A stretch of DNA of 34,922 bases, taken from the NCBI RefSeq assembly GCF_001194135.2, contig NC_068982.1, positions 132,634,073-132,668,994 of the forward strand, read 5' to 3'. The position numbers and the translations under genes were made by a program. Of this stretch, positions 9,441-21,289 are shown piece by piece (position 1 is the first letter of the stretch; every line of letters begins with the position of its first letter). Origin of the DNA: Octopus bimaculoides. Lineage: Eukaryota. The notes beneath the pieces were generated by a model. The model did not search any database and was not told the origin of the DNA. It saw nothing but the letters and a program-made list of their open reading frames with translations.

Positions 9441-9999
9441 TATATTCAAATGTCAACACATCCGACTTGCGTAGAGATAGGTGCTACGTTGTCTGCTAAG
9501 GAAAGTCTACAATACACAACCTTGGTACCTGCTTATTTCACTTCAGTTCTCCCTGCAGTTTTTAACCAGAGTCAACAGCCGGGAGAAGAACAGCGATCGA
9601 TGCAATTTAAGGCAAAAATGCATAACACAAATACGTGGTGATTATTTGATCTACAGATGATAACAAGAAGAGATGCAATACTTTATTGGTTGATGAGAGG
9701 GGTGGAGGTTAGAGCTGACATTGGTGAAGTGATTCTGAAGCAGGGGTAAGTGTAGGGGTAGAAGACAGAACGAATGTTCATACATTAAAAACTTTCCAGT
9801 CACTGAGTGGTATTCTTGGGGAAAAGAGTAAATCTTCTTCAGCAATTCTGAGGAAAAGATACCATAGTAGTAGGAGGAGGAGGAGGAGGGGGCTACAGGA
9901 GTGACAGCAGTAGTAGAGAGTGGTAGTGGCAGTGATAGCAGTAGCAGGAAAAGAAGAGGCAGAAAAAGAACAACAATGACATCATCATCATCACCGTTG

Positions 10000-10235
10000 T
10001 CGTTCAATGTCTGCTTTCCATGCTGACATGGGATGGATGATTTGACTGAGGACTGGCAGACCAGTAGGCTGCACCAGGCTCCAATCTGATTTGGCAAGGT
10101 TTCTACTGTTGGATGCCCTTCCTAATGCCAAACACTCTGAGAGTGTAGTGGGTGCTTTTACATGCCACTGGCACGGGAGCCAGTCAGGTGGCACTGGCAT
10201 CAACCACACTTGAATGGTGCTTTTTACATTGATGA
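10000..10235 (-). mobile_element. RTE-tail-derived SINE/LINE 3' fragment
   Basis: GGATGCCCTTCCTAATGCCAAACACTCTGAGAGTGTAGTGGGTGCTTTTAC is the reverse complement of the RTE 3' UTR seen at 125-180. Confidence 0.75.
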
Positions 10236-10704
10236 CAATGACAACAAGGAGGAGGAAGAGGTGTTGAGAAAGATAACTTGGGAAATACTTTGTTGGGTGT
10301 ATACCGCGTAGTAAAGTTGGAGACAATGCAATCATCTAATGCTTTTTCAGCAAAATTGTTGATAATAGAATCATGTTTGATCAAGGAACAGTAGGGTGTT
10401 GGTTTTTGCAAGTTCGTACAGATCCTCTTATCAAAAGAAAAACAGGTTCTGCTACAATTTGGTAAATGGAGAAGCTAGTGAGATGTGCAATTAAACAAAG
10501 GCAGTTTGTTTTTATTTTTCCGATGGTACTTTTGCTAGTATTACAGGAGCATTCTCCCATTTGGTGCTGGTAATCAAATGTCTTCAGGAGTTGTAGTCAA
10601 TCCTCTTTGTCTATAACTGCTGTTGCACAGATGTAGGAAAAGCACTTGGAAAGTTTGGCAGGATTGTTTTGTATGAAAAATGTGAAGGTTTAGAACCACT
10701 CATT

Positions 10705-11705
10705 GACATCTTTTATCTTTTACTTGTTTCAAACATTTGACTGTGGCCATGCTGGGGCACCACCTTGAAGAAGTTTTAGTCAAATGAGTTTAGAGAGCTC
10801 TTACCCCTGCTGGCGACAAAGGGACTCTCACTCAGAGTAAAAGGCAGACTGTATGACGCATGTGTACGAACAGCCATGCTACATGGCAGTGAAACATGGG
10901 CTGTAACTGCTGAGGACATACGTAAGCTCGCAAGGAATGAAGCCAGTATGCTCCGTTGGATGTGTAATGTCAATGTGAATACCCGTCAGAGTGTAAGTAT
11001 CTTTAGAGAAAAGCTGAACATTAGAAGCATCAGTTGTGGTGTGCAAGAGAGACGATTGCGCTGGTATGGACATGTGGTGAGAATGGNNNNNNNNNNNNNN
11101 NNNNNNNNNNNNNNNNNNNNNNNNNNNNNNNNNNNNNNNNNNNNNNNNNNNNNNNNNNNNNNNNNNNNNNNNNNNNNNNNNNNNNNNNNNNNNNNNNNNN
11201 NNNNNNNNNNNNNNNNNNNNNNNNNNNNNNNNNNNNNNNNNNNNNNNNNNNNNNNNNNNNNNNNNNNNNNNNNNNNNNNNNNNNNNNNNNNNNNNNNNNN
11301 NNNNNNNNNNNNNNNNNNNNNNNNNNNNNNNNNNNNNNNNNNNNNNNNNNNNNNNNNNNNNNNNNNNNNNNNNNNNNNNNNNNNNNNNNNNNNNNNNGTG
11401 CCCCTGGACTTGCTTGTGCGGGTGGCACATAAAAGACACCATTTCGAGCGTGGCCGTTGCCAGTATCGCCTGACTGGCCTTCGTGCAGGTGACACGTAAA
11501 AGCACCCACTACACTCTCTGAGTGGTTGGCGTTAGGAAGGGCATCCAGCTGTAGAAACTCTGCCAAATTTAGATTGGAGCCTGGTGTTGCCATCCGGTTT
11601 CACCAGTCCTCAGTCAAGTCGTCCAACCTATGCTAGCATGGAAAGCGGACGTTAAACGATGATGATGATGAATCAACCCCAGGACTTACTTTCTTTTTAA
11701 GGCTG
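10705..11705 (-). mobile_element. SINE 3' portion split by the RTE insertion (parts 10705-10786 and 11671-11705)
   Basis: Left TCTTTTATCTTTTACTTGTTTCAAACATTTGACTGTGGCCATGCTGGGGCACC...TTTAGTCAAATG continues as AATCAACCCCAGGACTTAC after the RTE tail; reverse-complement homologue at 19860-19970. Confidence 0.65.
10787..11670 (+). mobile_element. 5'-truncated RTE-clade LINE (gap 11087-11397)
   Basis: ORF MLHGSETWAVTAEDIRKLARNEASMLRWMCNV...RRLRWYGHVVRM typical of RTE RT C-terminus; shared 3' UTR and (GAT)n tail. Confidence 0.9.
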
Positions 11706-11769
11706 GTTGTCAGGCGGCGGTGGAGGACAAACAGATACAAAGACACACACACACACATATATGTATATA

Positions 11770-11937
11770 TATACAACGGGCTTCTTTCAGTTTCTATCTA
11801 TCAAATCCACTTGCAAGGCTTTGATTGGCTCAACACTATAGCAGAAGACACTTTCCCAAGTTGCCACACAGTGGGACTGAACCCAGAACCATGTGGTTGA
11901 GAAGCAAATTTCTTACCACACATCCATGCCTGCACCT
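11770..11937 (-). mobile_element. tRNA-derived SINE with CORE-like segment
   Basis: Minus strand GGCATGGATGTGTGGTAAG...GGGTTCAGTCCCACTGTGTGGCAACTTGGGAAAGTGTCTTCTGCTATAG; related fragments at 21160-21215 and 25455-25520. Confidence 0.7.
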
Positions 11938-13079
11938 ATCTAGACTAAATCAGGAAAGAAACAAAATGAAATGAAACAAAAATCTTAAGAACTGAAATTC
12001 AATAAGGACACACAATTGGCTGGCAGTTTATTGTGACTGATATTTTATGAAACCTGGTCAGACTGGATGCTATTTATAATTTGTCAGAACTGTAAATCAC
12101 TATTTACACAGGATTTCTGTATGGAATCCATACAACTTTTATGAAAGAAATGATAACATTATAACAATTCAATTGTTGAACACATTCCTTTATTAAACCC
12201 GAGCTTTAACAAAAACAAAAATAATCTCTACAGAGCAAAACTAAATTTCCATAAAGGAAATTTATTCAGTAACTTTATAGTACAAGATGTTCTTTTTATT
12301 TTTGCTTATGGTATTTTTTTTTCGTTTGTTTTTTCTTCATTAAATAGCTTCAGGTATTTAATAATACTGAAAAGTTACTTCTATAGATTTTTTTTATCAA
12401 CCATTTTCAGTGTTTATTTATTTTAGGGAAAATATTTGAGCCAAATTTAAACTGAAATTTTAATCTGTCTCTCTACCTACCTGCCTCTCTGTCAATCAAG
12501 CTATTTATCTATACTTATTTGTGTGTGTGCATGCATGCTTCAGCATAGTTTCCATTTACCAGGTTCACTTACAAGACATTCTAAAAAATTAGTTGAGATT
12601 GTAAAAATAAAGAGTAAGAACTTGATGCTGAAGGAAGCAGAAATATGCAGAATATTTAGTACATGTGAGGAAAAACATGAATATATATATATATATATAT
12701 AATGATGAAATGGCACAGCTTGCATCTGCTAAAAAATTGTCTGATTAGGAACAAGAGGAGTTGTCATATGTACCTGTGGCTACACTAATTATTTCAGTTT
12801 CTACTTTGTGCATATAAAACAAATCCTAGTCATATTAATATTTCAATAGCATAAGGAAAACCACAATGTGTTGTTAAATAACTTGTACACACGTTTCCAA
12901 CTAAACATGTCAGTTACTTAAATAGGTTTGTCCAAATAACTGCAAGTGCAACCAATGTTTTAGAGAGGAAGACATTAATTACATTTGATATATATAAAAA
13001 AAAAGTTATTGCTCATTTTATTATAACTCCAGATTGTTTTGTTATCTCTTATAAAATTAGTAGCAGTTCTTGTACTCTA

Positions 13080-13480
13080 GAGAACATTGAGCAGTAAGGT
13101 GACACCACTGGTTTCTGTTGGCTGCACTTTTCTCTGCATCCAACCATGACACAGACCTTTCCCGATGTTCTTGTGTCATGCAGTCTTCAGTTTTCTTCTT
13201 TTACTTTTTACCTCCAGTGGTATCCATTTAAAAGTTGTTTTACAATGGCAACATTCTGATAGCCAGAGTGTGACCTGCTAGTTTTAATCTCCATTCTATG
13301 ATGATTTCAGTATGTGGTCTTGTCTTGGCTCATTAGAATGTCTTCATTGGTTATATAGTCTTGCAGTATGTTCTCTGAATCCTTCTCAAGCTACTTTGGT
13401 GGAACAGATCAAGTTTACTGTTGATTTTCATGGTTCTCAACCATGTTCTATCACAATTCTTCTTCACTGTAGTTTATCCA
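13080..13480 (-). mobile_element. Old RTE-like LINE relic (RT C-terminal region)
   Basis: Frameshifted CDRTWLRTMKINSKLDLFHQSSLRRI, QDYITNEDIL, TEIIIEWRLKLAGHTL resemble the ETW...LRRI...TNEEIL...RRLRW.GH pattern of RTE LINEs. Confidence 0.6.
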
Positions 13481-13601
13481 TTAAGTGTATGATGCTTCTT
13501 TCATAATATATCACATTTGAGTAAATTACCTGACTAGATTATTTAATGCAAGCCATTCCTTGAAATACATCAACAATATTACAGTTGTGTCGAGTAAGTT
13601 T

Positions 13602-14779
13602 TACAGCCCAACAAAAAAAAAATTTTTTCTGTTGTCAAAATATTTGGAGCTGAACTAGGGATTTTTTGACACACAGAATCCAAAAATGGCAATCATTTAA
13701 TACCATCACATCAAGATTTTTTAAGATACCAGATCCATTGACTTAGAATCTTTTTTAAATAAAACAGCTTATCAAGAACAAGGCATAACATGCAAAAACA
13801 TGGAAATTAATTTCTCTACAAAACCAAAATGTTTTCTTAAAATATTACTGAAAAACTAGTAAAATTCTTGAAATTTCTACAAACAAATTACATAATTGTT
13901 TACATCTAATTTCCTATGAATTTGATTTTGGAAGATCACAGACCAAGTTCCAGCAACAATCAGCTATTATTTGGAAGTACCATCTGCTTTGATACTTGTG
14001 TTCTATAGATTCTTTTGTCCTAATAGAAACATTCTCTCTGCTCATCACTTGTGTCACCAAGATTTTTAATGAATTTATCAAGGTGAATGTAGAGATAGTA
14101 CAACTTCATGGACATATTTGCTCCCAACTTTTGAAAGTTTTTCAACATGTTGTTGACTACTCTAGGATAGTTGAATGCATTCTTGATGCCCAGAAAATCA
14201 TTAACAACTATTACAAATGTATTCCATGCTGCTGTTTCAATGAAATTTATTGAATTTATAAAGATCTCATCTTTTGTCAATTTTCTGATTTGAGGCCCAT
14301 CAAAATACTCTAGTTTTTATCTTTTCACACACTGCTCAAACCAGGAAATGTGCTACAGATGTAGTAAAAGCATGGCCCATCTTTATCCAGAACTTTAACA
14401 AACTGCTTCATAATGGCAAATTTGATAAGCAGAGGTAGGTGATTTTTTTCTTTGTTGAACTAAAAGCTCTTCAACCACATCAAAAGACCCTGGAACAGAT
14501 GTTTGCAGCAGTCATTCTTTGATCACAAAACATTTTTTCCCTGGATCTGCTGTCCCACATACATGAAAAGCATGGATATTTAGTGTATCCATTTTGTTGC
14601 CCTAGGAGAAAATTGACCATCTTGAACTCTATGTATATCATTTACTGACGATTGAGTTTGGGTATCTTGAAATTTAGATGTGATGGTAAAAAATGGATTC
14701 CACTTTTGGATTCAGCATATCAAAAAAATCTTCAATTCAGGTAAAGACAACCAAACAACAAAATACTTGTTGGGTTGTG
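13602..14779 (-). mobile_element. Internally deleted DNA transposon, probably Chapaev3-like (CMC superfamily)
   Basis: Long imperfect TIRs (TACAGCCCAACAA...GATTTTTTGACACACAGAATCCAAAAATGG vs CACAACCCAACAA...GATTTTTTGATATGCTGAATCCAAAAGTGG), right flank TTA. Peptides GYTKYPCFSCMWDSR, LPLLLIKFAIMKQFVKVLDKDGPCF, AAWNTFVIVVNDFLG...MSMKLYYLYIHLDKFIKNLGDTSDEQRECF. Family name from memory. Confidence 0.7.
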
Positions 14780-14789
14780 TTATTGGTCG

Positions 14790-15007
14790 TTGTTATTTTA
14801 CAATGTTTCTGTTGAAATACAATGGCTTTTGATTCAATTATTTTTGAAAATAATGAAGACTTTTAACAGTGAAATAATTTTATCAGTATTAAGCTGGTGT
14901 TTGGAACATAAATTAACATGGAGTTTTTGGGAAAAGTTTTAATTTCAACTGCTTTAGAACAAGAAGTGTGTATCATAGAATCAGGCAGGCTGGTACCAAA
15001 AGGTTTA
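14790..15007. mobile_element. piggyBac-like MITE, degenerate left end
   Basis: Ends GGTACCAAAAGGTTTAA, resembling AAAAGGG-TTAA termini; left terminus not recognisable. Confidence 0.45.
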
Positions 15008-15791
15008 ATATTGTTACACATGTGAAATTCATTGGCTGTGAAGAAAGCATATTTGATCCATCAATGAAGTGTCCAAATGAAAAAGACAGAAAAAAATAGG
15101 GCTGCCAGAATGTATAGAGTAAACTCATCCTTGCAGCCTTTGTAATATCAAAACAAAATTCCTTACAAATTATCTGTGTCTAATGTAACAATCATAAAAT
15201 ATCTGCTTCATGATTCATACCCAATTCTGCTATCCTTTATTGTATATAATATAATGAAAATGTTTAGTAACCAGATTTTGATATTCTTATCCCCCACTTT
15301 GATCCATATATAATGGATTTATTTAGTCATTTTTGTAAGATCTTAAAAAATTAGTTAAATGATGACATCAAACAATCTATAAGGTAAAAGTAAAACAAAT
15401 TTTTTTATTTCGCAAACTTTTAACTCTTTGGCAATTGCCTTGTAAAATCTTTTGATAGTTTATTTTTTATCTCCATTACAATAATAAAGTATTATACAAA
15501 CACATTTCACAAAAATAGATTTGCATTGTAAAAGGATTTCAGTAAGTTAGTAGCCAGCAAAATGTATATAGATAAAAGTTCATACATGTACAGATATTTT
15601 ATTTGTTAAGCACCAGTGAAACATTGGGGACAATGTAAACAACTAGTCCCCTCCCCATAAATTTCAGGCCTTGTGCCTTTAGTAGAAAGGATTATTATTT
15701 CTTTCTTTTTCTTTCTGGTACCAGTGGAAACAATTGAGTCAGCATATTAGTGGTATCTTCTGGTGGAATCTGCTATCCATAGATATGTCTT

Positions 15792-15797
15792 TTATTC
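15792..15797 (-). promoter_or_regulatory. Candidate polyadenylation signal for AVEN
   Basis: AATAAA on minus strand ~40 nt after the stop; other AATAAA occur further downstream, so not unique. Confidence 0.3.
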
Positions 15798-15838
15798 TGA
15801 GTATTTTTTTTTAAATCAACAGCAACAGAAATAAATAG

Positions 15839-15900
15839 CTAATCATCCAGTACACTGTCAAGCCAATCTTCCAATGAAGATGTTGCAGCACTAACATATT
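15839..15900 (-). CDS. AVEN: Cell death regulator Aven homologue, exon 6 (terminal)
   Basis: Acceptor TATATCTTTTCAG, phase 1; (Q)YVSAATSSLEDWLDSVLDD* matches the Aven C-terminal LEDWLDS motif. Confidence 0.9.
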
Positions 15901-16324
15901 CTGAAAAGATATAATATTCAAAATATGTTGGTATTTTTTATTTTATTTTGGAGGCAAATATTTGCAAACATACAAAACACAAGTGTCTAGAGAGCAAGTG
16001 GTAAAAATTAATAAACAAATGTGTGCATGTGTACTTGTATGTATGTATATATGTATGTATGCAAATACAAATGCATATTAAAAGCAAAAGGTGAAAATAC
16101 TTTGAGAATTTTATCATAAATAAAAGGAGGACAATATTCATATTTTTATCAAAATATGCTACCAGTTTCAAATGTTTAAGACAATTTAGTCATGCCTTAA
16201 GAAAAGGGAAAATAAGCTGAACTAAATTAATCTTTCCTGAGCGCAGTTTTGAAAGTTCTTGTTTTTCTGACAAACTTCAGATGTTAGTGGTTATTAGTCT
16301 CTTTCTGATAGCTGCGGGGTCATA

Positions 16325-16440
16325 ATACCGTAAAGACGCATGTAATTTGCACACTTGTGTAATTTACGCAGGTGATTTTCAAGATAACATTTTTTTAAAA
16401 AAAAGCTTCTACTTGTGTACAATTCACACCCAAAATTTTT
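16325..16440. mobile_element. Possible pogo/Tigger-like transposon end
   Basis: TA-CCGTAAAGACGCATGTAATTTGCAC with repeated GTAATTT(G/A)C subterminal motifs; partner TIR not found, possibly lost at the 16781-16966 gap. Confidence 0.35.
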
Positions 16441-16780
16441 CAGAATTGCTGATATGGCCAAGGGAAAAAGGTTTTCAATTTAGTTGTATTTAGCATAATT
16501 TCACTTACTTATGATTAGATTTTATTAAATTTTCATTAAATAAAAATAATTTCTGTTTAACAGGTATCACATTGAAAGTTATTAAATTACGAAAGTGTTT
16601 GAGTTGTTTATAATAAACTTTATTTTACATTTCTTGCCCACAAGAGATTATGTTTGATCTTTAGCATACTTCTGTGTGTCTTCTCAAATCACAATCACAG
16701 GAAAAGATAAGAATTATCAGCAAAAACAAAGCTGATAAATATGCACGAGTGTTGCAAAATAAGTTTAATTACCAATAAAC

Positions 16781-16966
16781 NNNNNNNNNNNNNNNNNNNN
16801 NNNNNNNNNNNNNNNNNNNNNNNNNNNNNNNNNNNNNNNNNNNNNNNNNNNNNNNNNNNNNNNNNNNNNNNNNNNNNNNNNNNNNNNNNNNNNNNNNNNN
16901 NNNNNNNNNNNNNNNNNNNNNNNNNNNNNNNNNNNNNNNNNNNNNNNNNNNNNNNNNNNNNNNNNN
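16781..16966. other. Assembly gap
   Basis: Run of N inside AVEN intron 5. Confidence 1.
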
Positions 16967-17119
16967 GTCATTACCATTTTAGTTGGGAGACCAAACTGAG
17001 AGTTTGGTAACCCGCTAAAATAAACATAAAAAATCGAAAAGAGAAAATAAACAGCTTTGCAAGTTTAACTCGGTGTTTATTGAACAAGAGAGGTGCGAAA
17101 TTTAAGATATATATATATA

Positions 17120-17510
17120 ATCATCATCATCATCATTTAACGCCTGTTTTCCATGCTGGCATGGGTTGGACGGTTCAAATGGGGTCTGGGAAGCCAGGAG
17201 GCTGCATCAGGCTCCAGTCTGATCTGGCAGTGTTTCTACAGCTGGATGCCCTTCCTAACGCCAACCACTTTGTGAGTGTAGCAGGTGCCTTTTATGTGCC
17301 ATCAGCACAGGGGCCAGGAGGCTGGCAACAACCAGAATCGGCTGATGCCTTTTACGTGCCACCGACGCAATATATATATATGTGGCTACCTAACAAGTGC
17401 CAATATACATCATAGAGTGGTTGACATTAGGAAGGGCATCCAGCTGTAGAAACCATGCCAAAACTGACAGTAGAGCTTGGCCCTGGGACTTGCTGGACCC
17501 TGTCAAACCA
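17120..17510. mobile_element. Two RTE-tail-derived SINE fragments in opposite orientations
   Basis: (CAT)n then GGATGCCCTTCCTAACGCCAACCAC (minus-strand tail), followed by GAGTGGTTGACATTAGGAAGGGCATCCAGCTGTAGAAACC (plus-strand tail). Confidence 0.7.
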
Positions 17511-17754
17511 GCCAAACAAAGCTATCGTGAAAAACAGATGCAGCAGATTTCCTATAGCCAAATTTCCTTCCTGACTCCAAGCCTAACTCATTTTCAAACA
17601 AAGCAATATTTCCCCATAGTCAGACATATTTATCACAGAAGAGTGGAAATGAATGGCATTACTTGTACAACAGTTACACACATTTATAACCATCATATAA
17701 TGTCAAGGCAAAAACACACACACATAAGTGTGTGCATGCATATGTATAATGGGT

Positions 17755-18137
17755 GGAGGTGGAGTGGCCCAGTGGTTAGGGCAGCGGACCCGCAGTCATG
17801 GAATTGCAGTTGTGATTCCCAAACTGGGCATTGTGAGTGTTTATTGAGTGTAAACACCTAAAGCTCCATGAGGCTCTGGCAGGAGGTGGTGGTGAACACT
17901 GATGTACTCTTTTGCCACAACTTTCTCTCACTCTTTTTTCCTGTTTCTGTTGTACCTGTATTTCAAAGGGCCAGCCTTGTCTCACACTGTTACGCTGAAT
18001 CTCCCTGAGAACTACATAGAGGGTACATGTATCTATGGAGTGCTCAGCCACTTGCACGTTAATTTCATGAGCAGGCTGTTCTGTTCAGTGGATCAACTGG
18101 AATCTTCGTCGTTGTAACCGATGGAGTGCCACAATAA
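17755..18137 (+). mobile_element. tRNA-derived SINE, same family as 4545-4921
   Basis: GGAGTGGCCCAGTGGTTAGGGCAGCGGAC head; body collinear with the reverse complement of 4545-4921. Confidence 0.85.
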
Positions 18138-19349
18138 TGGACTTCTTTCAATTTGCATTCACCAAACCCACTAACAAGGCTTTGGCTGACCTGTAAAGTA
18201 GAAGATACCTGCTAAAGGTGCCACAAAGTGCACTGTTTGGTTACAAAGTGAATTTCTCCACCATGCATTTATACTGGTTTCTAAAATGATAATCAGAAAC
18301 TTTCTTTTCAGCTTTACACTTTGTTTTAAAGTTAATCACAAAAAAAATGTCAGAGCAGAGCTTATGATTATTGTGCACTGTTGAAACTAATGTGGTTGGT
18401 GTTGGATTTGAATATCTGTAGGTCAGTGTCTGCAAGCAAAACATGGGTAGACAGGAAAGGAGTTATAGAGAGTTACAGTTGTATGGAGTAGGAATATATT
18501 AGTGCAGGGTCTGAGACACAGTAGGACTGTCAGGAGATAGAGAGACAAGTGTATCAAGGGTGAAGGAAATATGCAGAGAGTTCAGAGGTGCAAAGAGAGG
18601 CAACTGTGATTCTATGAGCCAGTGATTGAAGCAGGTTTATGAGTGATTCATTGACAATCAAATGACTGACTATATCTTTTAGGTGCAGTTTAAAGTGTTT
18701 ATATGCATAGCAAAAGCAGTGTTCCAGATATGTGCATGTTACTCCAATATATATCTATGTCAAACTTTACACTAGATTATGACAGCTGTGACATGTTAAC
18801 AAAAACCTATTTTAATTGCATGCTTCTACTATAGCCCTGGGCCAACAAAAGCCAAGTGGTTAGTGGATCTGGTAGACAGAAACTGAAAAAAAGATCCCAT
18901 CATATATAAATGCGTGTGTGTGTGCACCCACTATGTTTACATCAGCCATTTGTTTATATGCAAGTCACAACATTTATATAGTATTCTTGTTGACACTTCT
19001 GTCAATAAATTGCCCACTCACTTTGTACCTTTGAAGCTGTGTAGAACAAAAGATCCCTCATCCTTGAAAAAGAGCTAAGGCTCAGCATCAAGAGGGAAAT
19101 ATATGCCCCTAATTTATACTAAGATGGAAAAACAAATGTAAAGACAAATGAGCAACTACCTTCCAAGTTTGTATTAACTAACATCTCAAACAGCTTGTAA
19201 CATGGAAGAATTCAATCACAATTTATATTTGAAATAAACATTCATGGAAGCTTTGTGTCAAATATTTTTATATTGAGAAAGTTGCCTGAGATTTTCATAT
19301 AAAAATCATTAAACAAATGCAAGTGAATTGTTTTGAGGGTAATACATAC

Positions 19350-19466
19350 GCTTTTCCGTTTTCTTAGGTAAAGCTTCTGGGCCGTTAATCTGTGCTAATT
19401 CTTCATCCTTGGATTGTTTACAGGATGTATCATTCTGCATTAATTGCTGATTGCCCATATTTACAT
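19350..19466 (-). CDS. AVEN: Aven homologue, exon 5
   Basis: Acceptor TTTATTTCTACCAATATAG, donor AAGC/GTATGT; 117 nt, phase 1 to 1; DVNMGNQQLMQNDTSCKQSKDEELAQINGPEALPKKTEK. Supported by phase and splice sites rather than by a recognisable motif. Confidence 0.7.
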
Positions 19467-19699
19467 CTATATTGGTAGAAATAAATAGCAATATAAAAAA
19501 ATGAACTTTACAAAAAGAGAAAGAAAAAAAAACAAACCAAGCTACTAATGATTTGGTTTAGCTGGTCCCTCAGTTGGGTCAACATCTGGCAGATTCTCTT
19601 TCTCCCATACATCCTCTACATTTAGCAGCCTTTTATGTTGGCATTTCCAAGCTGGTTTCTTTGCAGAATCATTAAACACAAGTGTACCATCATCCATGT

Positions 19700-19749
<50 letters not shown>

Positions 19750-19789
19750 GTATGTGTGTGAGTGAAGCTGCATGCCACTACTCAATAAC

Positions 19790-19970
19790 CTGTGTTGGCT
19801 TGTTTATATCTCTGTAACTTAGAGGTTTGGCAAACAAGACTGATAAAATAAGTAACTAACTCTAAAAAAAATAAGTACTGGAGAATTGGTTTGTTAAACT
19901 AACCCCTTGAAAGCAATGCTCCAGCATGGCCACGGTACACTGACTGAAACGAGTAAAAGTAAAAGAAACA
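19790..19970 (+). mobile_element. SINE 3' portion in AVEN intron 4
   Basis: GATAAAATAAGTA...GCTCCAGCATGGCCAC...CTGAAACGAGTAAAAGTAAAAG, homologous to the reverse complement of 10705-10770. Confidence 0.65.
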
Positions 19971-20172
19971 AGCTTTCGTAGAGTTTCCATGAACCATTTT
20001 CCCTGACAAGGCATTGGTCAGTCTGAGGTTATGTTAGAAGATACTTGCCAAAGGAGTTGCACAGTGAGACAGAAGCTGAAACTACAAAACAAAACAAATT
20101 CCACAGCCACCAGCACCTGAAAAAAAAAAAAAAAAAACGGAAAGAAACCAGTAAAGTGAGAAAGACAAATAC

Positions 20173-20530
20173 CTGTTTTTGAACTGCCCATTGATAAAAG
20201 TGCATCAACTTCAGTCTCACACTGCGTTAGAACAATGTGAGAAGTTTTACAGTCATTTTCATTAGAAGTTTGTTTCGGTTCGGCTATATTTGCAGATTTA
20301 TCTTGATTCTCATTTAGATCTGTTTCCACTGTGGTTTCAGTACAAGGTTTCAGATCAACGTGCCATTTCTCATCAGTTTCAGGAACCTGAAATCCGGTTG
20401 ATAATATAGTCTCAATTGTTTTATGACTAAATACTGGCAGTGACTCTTGAAGTATGGTGCTGCCAGAATCTGGCACATATTTGGCTTCCTCTGCAGCTGC
20501 TGCAGTACGGAAAGCATCAATCTGATCTGG
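20173..20530 (-). CDS. AVEN: Aven homologue, exon 4
   Basis: Acceptor TTTCATTTATTTCAG, donor ACAG/GTATTT; 358 nt open, phase 0 to 1; acidic low-complexity linker ending CETEVDALLSMG, similar to Aven EEELDLLL. Confidence 0.8.
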
Positions 20531-21289
20531 CTGAAATAAATGAAATAACAAACAGCAATTAAGAATTCTTCATAATTAATAAAAAACATTTTGGGAGAAA
20601 ACAATTTCCTTAATGCTGCTTTATAGCAATTAGGTTTACAATGGATGGTTTTTAGGTTCAAATCTGATAATGGGTGACAGGGAGCCTATAATCTTATCAT
20701 ATAGTGAAACTGTACACTCCTCCCAGTAAAAAGTGGAAGTAGCCAGCCATTATAAATATACCAGTAGCCAGTCGACAGAAAGGTGAGAGGGTCGAGAGTA
20801 CATGTAGATTGTGTTGATAGTCATGTCTGTACTTCGGAATATAACAATATCTGCCAGAACAACCGTCGTCAAAAGACAGGTACAACAGTGGCAAAAGACC
20901 GCTTTACAACAAATCTATAGGAATATCAGTAAAGACATTATTCTCATTTGTTGATTGTAGAGCAGTCATGGACCACAGGTGGCCTAAGGAACTTTAAGAA
21001 TGGCACAACTGGCAAAAAACTACTTTAACTTTTTTTATTAGTGTGGCCCATCTGATAATGAGCAATGTCTTATATGGCTCCTAAATCATTTTGATGAAAC
21101 CTACCCATCAACAAATTATATCTTTTATAAGAATTATTGCAAACTTAAGCAAGTTTTGAGTTCAGTTCCAATACACAACACTTTAGGAAAGTGTCTTCTA
21201 CTGTAACCCTAGGCCTTGAGAGTGGAGTCAATTCTCAGAACTTGGAAGAAGCTGTTGTAATCATGTGTATATCATCATCATCATCACCA

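Noticed and set aside
10184-10700. Protein-like minus-strand stretch (QKPTPYCSLIKHDSIINNFAEKALDDC), faint sacsin-like feel
   Set aside because: No motif I can match, frames broken, no convincing splice sites; BLASTX needed.
17755-17825. tRNA-like A/B boxes here and at other SINE heads
   Set aside because: They continue into SINE bodies and do not fold as complete cloverleaves; not tRNA genes.
20366-20380. GAAA-CTGATGA-GAAA on minus strand
   Set aside because: Lies in AVEN exon 4 coding sequence with no helix II between the motifs; chance match.
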